64,000 nt of DNA from Candidatus Marinacidobacterales bacterium (GTDB lineage: Bacteria > Acidobacteriota > Vicinamibacteria > Marinacidobacterales > SMYC01). Of the stretch, positions 57,702-64,000 are shown piece after piece. Numbering within the stretch: position 1 is the first letter of the stretch; each line of letters begins with the position of its first letter. The stretch covers positions 270,966 to 334,965 of the forward strand of contig CBDFNJ010000002.1 in the NCBI GenBank assembly GCA_965250115.1, read 5' to 3'. Made by a program: the position numbers and the translations under genes. The notes below the pieces were generated by a model. That model did no database searches, was not told the DNA's origin, and saw only the letters and a list, made by a program, of their open reading frames with translations.

Positions 57702-58903
57702 CAAAAACCATGGGGCGACGGCTCGCCCGTCGCGTCGAGCAGATTCAGCCATCACCCACCATGGCCGTGATGGCGGAAGCGATGCGGCTCCGTGCCGCCG
57801 GAGAGGACGTCGTCGACTTCTCCGCGGGCCAGCCCGACTTTCCGACGCCCGAGCACATCAAAGAGGCCGGCCGGCGTGCAATCGCGGATAACTTCACCCG
57901 TTACACGGCGAATTCCGGCACCCCTGAGCTGCGACAGGCCATCGCCGATCGCTATCGAGAGGACTACGGCCTCGAGTTCGAGAGCTCGGGTATCATTGTG
58001 ACGGGAGGCGGCAAACACGCGCTCCTCAACCTCATGCTCGCCATCGTCGAGGCGGGGGACGAGGTGGTTATTCCCACTCCCTATTGGGCGACCTTCGCGG
58101 AGCAGGTACGGCTCGCGGGCGGGGATCCCATCCTCGTCGCAACCTCCGAGAACGAGGGCTTCGCCGTGACCGCTCGATCCATGGTTCCCGCGCTCTCCGA
58201 GCGAACTCGAATCCTCCTCCTCAACGTTCCCGCAAATCCAACTGGGGCCATGGCCACCGGCGACGAGATTCTTGCGCTCGCCGACCTCGTGAAGGATCGA
58301 GACCTATTTCTGCTCTGGGACGACACCTACGCGCGCCTCTTGTTCCAACCGGCGCCGGCGCGACAGCTGCGGCAGGTGCAAGAGGCTCTTCACGATCGCT
58401 TCATCATCGCCGGAACGGCCTCGAAGGCCTACGCGATGACGGGTTGGCGCATCGGTTGGGCAATGGGCTCGAGAGAGCTCATCGACGCCTGCGCGACGCT
58501 CCAAAGCCAGATGACGTCGAATGCCAGCTCTATCTCGCAAAAGGCGGCGCTCGCCGCGCTCAGCTCGGACCAGAGCGCCCTCGCCGAGATGGTGGCGGAG
58601 TATCGGTGGCGTGCGCGTCGCTTGCGTGAGGGGCTGCTCGAGATTCCCGGCCTTCGCTGCACTGAGCCTGGCGGTGGTTTCTACCTGTTTCCGAACGTCT
58701 CCGCCTACCTGTCCGATGCGGGTACCGCCACCGATCTCGCGGGCGAGTTGCTCGAGAGCGAACGCGTGGCCGTCGTGCCGGGCCTGGCGTTCGGCCTCGA
58801 CGGTCATCTCCGCGTCAGTTTCGCGGCGTCGCGCGAGCATATCGAGGAGGGCATCCGCCGCCTCCAGCGTTTCTTCTCTTCAAGAGCTTCGACGGAAGCA
58901 TAG
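57698..58903 (+). CDS. PLP-dependent class I/II aminotransferase (aspartate/aromatic type)
   Basis: NSGTPELRQAIADRY ... GTASKAYAMTGWRIGWAMG, with the SKxxxMxGxRxG Lys motif. Confidence 0.85.
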   Translation: MTKTMGRRLARRVEQIQPSPTMAVMAEAMRLRAAGEDVVDFSAGQPDFPTPEHIKEAGRRAIADNFTRYTANSGTPELRQAIADRYREDYGLEFESSGIIVTGGGKHALLNLMLAIVEAGDEVVIPTPYWATFAEQVRLAGGDPILVATSENEGFAVTARSMVPALSERTRILLLNVPANPTGAMATGDEILALADLVKDRDLFLLWDDTYARLLFQPAPARQLRQVQEALHDRFIIAGTASKAYAMTGWRIGWAMGSRELIDACATLQSQMTSNASSISQKAALAALSSDQSALAEMVAEYRWRARRLREGLLEIPGLRCTEPGGGFYLFPNVSAYLSDAGTATDLAGELLESERVAVVPGLAFGLDGHLRVSFAASREHIEEGIRRLQRFFSSRASTEA

Positions 58904-59391
58904 TGGAACGACTCTCGGCAGTTCTCGTCAACCTTCAGAATCCCCGCGAGAAGTTCTGGGGGATGCTCATGTCCGTCCAGGCGAATGGTCTCACCGTATG
59001 CGGTATCGACCTCAATTCCTTCGAAGACTGGTCTCGTTCCGTCGCCCGCGGGGAGACCGAGATGGGGCTTTCCACGGTTTTCTTCCCCATCCACCGGGTC
59101 GAGCGCGTGAACAAGGACGAGACGATCGGTGGCGCCCGATCGCTCGCCGACGTCTTCGAGTCGCGCACCGGGACGGACATCTGGACGCACCTCGGCATCA
59201 AGCCAGGCCTTCCTTCCGCTGAGCCTCAGGCGGCGGAGCGCTCGAGCGGAGAGTGGATGACGCTCGCTCAAGCGGAGCGCGACTACATCGAGCGCGTTCT
59301 AGAGGATTGTGAGTGGGACCGAACTGCCGCCGCGCGGATTCTGGGTATCTCCGAGGAGCATCTGGCCGAGAGGATCGACCCTGCCGGATGA
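58903..59391 (+). CDS. Small protein with a C-terminal Fis-type HTH and an uncharacterised N-terminal domain
   Basis: The C-terminus TLAQAERDYIERVLEDCEWDRTAAARILGISEEHL matches the HTH_8/Fis signature. Confidence 0.5.
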   Translation: MERLSAVLVNLQNPREKFWGMLMSVQANGLTVCGIDLNSFEDWSRSVARGETEMGLSTVFFPIHRVERVNKDETIGGARSLADVFESRTGTDIWTHLGIKPGLPSAEPQAAERSSGEWMTLAQAERDYIERVLEDCEWDRTAAARILGISEEHLAERIDPAG

Positions 59392-59510
59392 GCCAGCAAG
59401 CCGCTATATCTAGCGTTCGACCTGCTCTCTGACCACAACATCTTGACTCCGACTCTCCCCGAGTGCTATCGTCTGGGGCTTCTAAGACGATTTCGAGGAG
59501 GAAAACCAGC

Positions 59511-60612
59511 ATGTTCCATCGGGGGTCCGTAGGTGCTTGTCTGCTCGTTTGCTTCGCCTGGGGAGCTTCCGTTTCGGCGCAAGGGGTCTATTTCCCGGGT
59601 GCCGGAGCTGCGAATCGGTCCATGGGGGGCGTTCGGGAGCAATCGCAGCGACAGCGGCCTCGCCGCCGCGCCCGCCTTCGGGGTCGTGAGCCGACCGGAA
59701 AACTCGAGCTATACCTACGGCCTCGGTATCTACTCGGTGGTCGGTCGTAGCATCGACTTCCCGGGCAGCGAGTTCAACCCGGTCTTGAAGCCTTGGGATC
59801 CGCCCAACTCGTTCGGCTTCGGCCCGGTCTCGTCCCGCCTCTCCGGTCTTCGCATCGACCCGATGATGTCGAAGCAGATCTCGGAGAATCTTGCCGTCGG
59901 TATTGGCGGACAAGTGAGCCAGCTCTCGCTGAGCGTCGACCCCGCTTTCTTCGCGGAGCGCAACGGGAACGGGTTGTTTCCGCCCGCGACGCAGGGCCGG
60001 TCCTACTGGGGCGGTGGCTTTCAAGCCGGTATCTACTTCACGCCCAACGACCTCTGGAACTTCGGTGCATCCTATAAGAGTCCTCAGTGGTTTGAGTCCT
60101 TCGACTACAACTCGAAAGACGAGATCGGCAATGCTCGAAGCCTCTCCATCGAGCTCGAATTTCCCTCTGTGCTCTCGCTCGGTACGGCCTACAAAGGGCT
60201 CGAAGATACGATCGTCGCCTTCGACCTTCGCTACTTCGCCTACGCCAACACGAAGCTCTTCGGGGACGAGCCCGGCGAAGGCGGACTCGGGTGGGGCAAC
60301 GTGTGGGCGATGGCCATCGGTGCTGAGCGCAGCGTGTCAGAAATGATCAAAGTGCAAGGCGGATTCACAATGAACGGGAATCCGATTCCCAACGCCGCGA
60401 CCCTCATAAACATTCAGCTTCCCGCGATCAACAAGTTCGCGATCTCAGGCGGCGTCGCGGTCGCTCTCACCGACGATGTCGATATCGTCGGGAGCACGGT
60501 CTACGGGCTGCGCCACACGAACACCGGATCGATCCTCGAGATCCCGGGTACGACCATCGAGCTCATACAGGACCTCTGGACGTTCAGCCTCGGGTTCAAC
60601 TTCAAACTCTAG
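59511..60612 (+). CDS. FadL/OmpP1/TodX-family outer-membrane transport protein. The reading frame is broken at a G6 run (59624..59629); the track gives 59463..59750 and 59533..60612.
   Basis: GAGGAG ribosome-binding site and ATG at 59511. Signal peptide MFHRGSVGACLLVCFAWGASVSAQ, then GVYFPGAGAANRSMGG and a frame switch to AFGSNRSDSGLAAAPAFG. Ends ...WTFSLGFNFKL, a beta-barrel terminus. Confidence 0.7.
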
Positions 60613-60752
60613 CAGGGTTGGCGCAGGCTCCAAGTGGTTGCTACACTAGTCTGTTTTGTGGCCTCGTGCCGACGTCTGGCCCACCACGCGACACCACATC
60701 CCGTCCCGCCGGCCATCGGTGCGGCGGCACTGATTGACTGAGCAGGAGAATC

Positions 60753-62147
60753 ATGAGCACCAGCCCCACCAGGCCGCCCGAGGGCGGCCGTATCGAAATC
60801 GAGAACGGCAAACTCAAAGTTCCCAATGACCCCGTCATTCCCTTTATCGAGGGTGACGGTACCGGCCGCGACATCTGGCGCGCGAGCCAGCGCGTCTTCG
60901 ACGCCGCTGTCGAGAAAGCCTACGGCGGCAAGCGCAAACTCCACTGGTACGAGGTCCTTGCGGGAGAGAAGGCCTTCAATGCAACGGGTAATTGGCTTCC
61001 CGAAGAAACGCTGAAAGCGTTCCGGGACTACTTCGTCGGTATCAAAGGCCCTCTCACGACGCCGGTGGGCGGCGGGATCCGCTCGCTGAACGTCGCGCTT
61101 CGTCAGGAGCTCGACCTCTATGTGTGCCTGCGACCGGTGAAGTATTACCCGGGTGTGCCGAGCCCCGTGAAGAAGCCCGAGGACGTCGACATGGTCATCT
61201 TCCGAGAGAACACGGAAGATATCTACGCGGGCATCGAGTATCTCTCCGAGTCGGAGGAGTCGGAGAAACTCATCGGCTTCCTCCAGAAGGAGATGGGCGT
61301 CAAGAAAATCCGTTTCCCCAAGACCAGTGGGATCGGCATCAAGCCGATCAGCAGAGAGGGAACGGAGCGACTCGTGCGCGCCGCCATCCATTATGCTCTC
61401 GAGAAGGAGCGCAAGAGCCTGACGCTCGTCCACAAGGGCAACATCATGAAGTTCACCGAGGGCGCCTTCCGCGACTGGGGCTACGCTCTTGCGGCGAGGG
61501 AGTTCCGCGCGGAGACCGTCAGCGAGCGCGAGAGCTGGATCCTCGGCAATCGCGAAGACAATCCCGATGTCTCCATCGAGGACAACGCCCGGGCGGTCGA
61601 GCCCGGTTACGACCTCATGGTCGAGGACCGCCAGGCCGAGGTGAGAGCGGAGGTCGAAGCCTGCATGAAGCAGCTCTGGGACAGCCACGGCAGCGGCCAA
61701 TGGAAGAAGAAGCTTCTCGTCAAGGACACCATCGCCGACATCACGCTCCAGCAAGTGCTGACCCGCGCTTCGAGCTTCGACGTCATCGCGACGATGAACC
61801 TCAACGGGGACTACCTGTCCGACGCCCTCGCCGCTCAGATCGGCGGCATTGGAATCGCTCCCGGCGGAAACATCAACTACGTCACCGGTCACGCGATCTT
61901 CGAGGCGACTCACGGCACCGCGCCCAAGTACGCCGACAAGGACATGGTCAATCCGGGCTCCGTGATCCTCTCCGGTCTGCTCATGTTTCAGTACATGAAG
62001 TGGAACGAGGCGGCGGAGCTGATCGAGTCGAGCCTCGAGAAAGCCATTTCGCAGAAACGCGTAACCTATGATTTTCATCGCCTGATGGAGGGCGCGACGA
62101 AGCTCAAGACATCCGAGTTCGCCAAGGCGATGATCGAGAATATGTAA
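60753..62147 (+). CDS. icd: NADP-dependent isocitrate dehydrogenase
   Basis: [27 protein letters not shown]...[18 protein letters not shown] aligns with the E. coli Icd N-terminus. Confidence 0.9.
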   Translation: MSTSPTRPPEGGRIEIENGKLKVPNDPVIPFIEGDGTGRDIWRASQRVFDAAVEKAYGGKRKLHWYEVLAGEKAFNATGNWLPEETLKAFRDYFVGIKGPLTTPVGGGIRSLNVALRQELDLYVCLRPVKYYPGVPSPVKKPEDVDMVIFRENTEDIYAGIEYLSESEESEKLIGFLQKEMGVKKIRFPKTSGIGIKPISREGTERLVRAAIHYALEKERKSLTLVHKGNIMKFTEGAFRDWGYALAAREFRAETVSERESWILGNREDNPDVSIEDNARAVEPGYDLMVEDRQAEVRAEVEACMKQLWDSHGSGQWKKKLLVKDTIADITLQQVLTRASSFDVIATMNLNGDYLSDALAAQIGGIGIAPGGNINYVTGHAIFEATHGTAPKYADKDMVNPGSVILSGLLMFQYMKWNEAAELIESSLEKAISQKRVTYDFHRLMEGATKLKTSEFAKAMIENM

Positions 62148-62157
62148 GGAGAAGGCC

Positions 62158-63087
62158 ATGGCTAGAAACAAGGTCACGGTCGTCGGCGCCGGCAACGTGG
62201 GTGCGACGGCAGCGCAACGCATCGCCGACGCTGAGCTTGCTGATGTCGTAATGATCGACATCGTCGAAGGCATTCCCCAGGGCAAGGGTCTCGACATGCT
62301 TGAGGCTTGTCCGATCAGCGGCTCGGACGTCCGCATTCAGGGTACGAACGAGTACCGGGACACCGCTGGGTCGGACATCGTCGTGATCACGGCCGGGCTT
62401 CCTCGGAAGTCCGGCATGAGCCGCGACGACCTGCTCCAGAAGAACTACCAGATCGTCAAGAGTGTCACGGAGGAAGTCGCGAAACATTCACCGGATTCGA
62501 TTCTCATCGTGGTTTCGAATCCTCTGGATGCGATGGTCCAAACGTCCTACAAGGTCAGCGGCTTTCCGAAGAGTCGCGTGATGGGAATGGCCGGCGTTCT
62601 GGATTCGGCTCGGATGCGAACCTTCGTCGCGATGGAGCTCGATGTTTCCGTCGACAACGTCCACGCCTTCGTGCTGGGTGGACACGGCGACGACATGGTT
62701 CCGCTGCCGCGCTACTCCACAGTTTCGGGTATTCCGCTGCCCGACTTGCTCTCCCAGGAACGCATCGACGCGATCGTGGATAGAACGCGGAAGGGCGGCG
62801 GCGAGATCGTGAGCCATCTGAAGACAGGCTCCGCCTATTACGCACCCTCAGCCGCGATCGTGGAGATGGTCGACGCGATCCTCAAAGACAAGAAGAAGAT
62901 TCTTCCGGTGGCTGCCTACCTCGAGGGTGAGTACGGTATCAATGGGCTCTACATGGGCGTTCCGGCCAAGCTTGGTGCGAAGGGTGTCGAGGACATCATC
63001 GAGATTGCTCTGACCAACGAGGAGCGGACTGCTCTCCAGAAATCGGCCGGCTCGGTTCAGGAACTCGTGGGCAAGATCGGTGTTTGA
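62158..63087 (+). CDS. mdh: Malate dehydrogenase (LDH-like type)
   Basis: [13 protein letters not shown] ... [16 protein letters not shown] ... GGHGDDMVP. Confidence 0.9.
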   Translation: MARNKVTVVGAGNVGATAAQRIADAELADVVMIDIVEGIPQGKGLDMLEACPISGSDVRIQGTNEYRDTAGSDIVVITAGLPRKSGMSRDDLLQKNYQIVKSVTEEVAKHSPDSILIVVSNPLDAMVQTSYKVSGFPKSRVMGMAGVLDSARMRTFVAMELDVSVDNVHAFVLGGHGDDMVPLPRYSTVSGIPLPDLLSQERIDAIVDRTRKGGGEIVSHLKTGSAYYAPSAAIVEMVDAILKDKKKILPVAAYLEGEYGINGLYMGVPAKLGAKGVEDIIEIALTNEERTALQKSAGSVQELVGKIGV

Positions 63088-63099
63088 GGCAGCTCATCT

Positions 63100-64000
63100 A
63101 TGAACGTTCACGAGTATCAAGCCAAGGCCCTCCTTGCCCGCTTTGGCGTGCCCGTGCCACGCGGGGTCAAGGCCGAGAGCCTCGAGGAGGCGGCCACCGC
63201 CGCCGCCGAGCTCGGCTATCCCGTGGTCGTCAAGGCGCAAGTCCATGCGGGTGGCCGCGGCAAGGCGGGGGGCGTCAAGCTGGCCAAGAGCGAATCGGAG
63301 CTCCGGGATGTCGCGGACCAAATCCTGGGCATGACGCTCGTCACGCCGCAGACGGGAGCCGAAGGCAAGCTCGTAAGGAAGCTCCTCGTCGAAGAGGGCG
63401 TCAGTATCGAGAGGGAGCTCTACATCAGCTTCCTCGTCGATCGCGCTATCGGTTGGCCGGTCTGTATCGCGAGCAGCGCCGGCGGGATGGAGATCGAGCA
63501 AGTCGCCGAAGAGACTCCGGAGCAGATCCTGAGGGCCGAGATCGATCCCGCGATCGGTTTGAGGTCCTACCAGGCGCGCGAGCTCGCTTACGGACTCGGA
63601 CTGGAAGGCGAGGTGCACAAGAAGGCGGTCAGGTTCCTGATGGGGCTCTATGCCGCCTTTCGAGGGCTCGATGCCTCTCAAGTCGAGATCAATCCCTGCC
63701 TGATCACGAAGGAGGGTGACGTTCTTGCGCTCGATGCGAAAGTCAATCTCGACGACAACGCGCTGTTTCGCCACAAAGACCTCGTCGAGCTCCGTGATAG
63801 CGACGAGGAATCACCTCTCGAAGTCGAGGCCTCGCATCACGGTCTCAACTACATCAAGCTCGACGGCAGCGTCGGATGTATGGTGAACGGCGCGGGTCTT
63901 GCCATGGCGACGATGGACATCATCAAACTCGCGGGCGGCGCGCCTGCGAACTTTCTCGACGTGGGTGGAGGCGCGAGCCCTGACCAGATCAAGAACGCGT
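63100..64000 (+). CDS. sucC: Succinate-CoA ligase (ADP-forming) beta subunit; 3' end runs off the window. Not in the ORF track because it has no stop within the window.
   Basis: I translated from the ATG at 63100: [22 protein letters not shown]...[23 protein letters not shown]..., which aligns with the E. coli SucC N-terminus. Confidence 0.9.
   Translation, partial: MNVHEYQAKALLARFGVPVPRGVKAESLEEAATAAAELGYPVVVKAQVHAGGRGKAGGVKLAKSESELRDVADQILGMTLVTPQTGAEGKLVRKLLVEEGVSIERELYISFLVDRAIGWPVCIASSAGGMEIEQVAEETPEQILRAEIDPAIGLRSYQARELAYGLGLEGEVHKKAVRFLMGLYAAFRGLDASQVEINPCLITKEGDVLALDAKVNLDDNALFRHKDLVELRDSDEESPLEVEASHHGLNYIKLDGSVGCMVNGAGLAMATMDIIKLAGGAPANFLDVGGGASPDQIKNA

Noticed and set aside
60609-62336. 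575-aa minus-strand ORF antisense to icd
   Set aside because: icd on the plus strand aligns residue-by-residue with the E. coli enzyme. The antisense ORF is an artefact.
60753-64000. icd-mdh-sucC as a special metabolic island
   Set aside because: Ordinary TCA-cycle core genes in a conserved arrangement; nothing unusual.

Overview
This window looks like 64 kb of a high-GC chromosome (GC roughly mid-60s % by eye), most likely from an Acidobacteria-like organism, inferred from the VWFA-related acidobacterial-type domain protein, DUF4159 and DUF481 proteins, and many secreted or outer-membrane proteins. No gene names a specific taxon. Most of the window is housekeeping and envelope content.

Genes called across the window: DUF2203, VWA, NUDIX x2, glycerophosphodiester phosphodiesterase, TlpA-like redoxin, rpoZ, TetR, DUF533, alpha/beta hydrolase, HMG-CoA lyase with a CaiB-type CoA transferase, M28 and M16 peptidases, a tandem-cyclophilin PPIase, an EamA transporter, an M50 protease, a Spy/CpxP-like protein divergent from a histidine kinase/OmpR pair, D-aminoacylase, aldo/keto reductase, a PQQ sugar dehydrogenase, ppgK, yjbQ, a BON protein, prfC, a PilT/GspE-type ATPase, coaBC, recG, rsmD, coaD, an aminotransferase, a FadL-family porin, and icd-mdh-sucC at the 3' edge.

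The accessory and unusual content falls into four groups:

1. A three-copy family of long near-perfect palindromic elements (stems of about 26-30 bp beginning GGGGTCAGTCCTGAACAACTTGAC) in three different intergenic contexts. Copy 3 abuts a 19-bp tandem duplication that spans the rsmD start codon.

2. A nested insertion-sequence structure. An ISL3-family deletion derivative, with 23-26 bp perfect inverted repeats and a 9-bp flanking direct repeat, has inserted into a TolB_N-like/TPR gene. Inside it sits an IS3-family element with orfA, an A_AAA_AAG -1 slippery site and a disrupted orfB. The IS3 element is bracketed by about 99-bp perfect direct repeats.

3. An IS5-family transposase gene and an rve-type (IS481-like) transposase gene wedged between a PilT-like ATPase gene and an initiator tRNA-Met gene (anticodon CAT). 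The ATPase gene has lost the N-terminal part of its cNMP-binding domain; it also carries a C-terminal PDZ domain.

4. Many apparently disrupted genes: frameshifts in a TPR + 2x cNMP-binding gene and a FadL gene (both at G6 homopolymers), in the histidine kinase, the PQQ dehydrogenase and the TolB_N-TPR gene; a 53-bp tandem duplication; a GGDEF-PilZ gene missing its GGDEF core; and the frameshifted IS3 orfB. These are either real pseudogenes or sequencing and assembly indels, and only the read evidence can decide.

I found no CRISPR array, cas genes, recognisable toxin-antitoxin pair or known defence system. Many of the ORF-track entries are antisense or alternate-frame artefacts of the high GC content; I re-framed several of them (for example 1..318, 18576..19664, 30230..31420, 33863).
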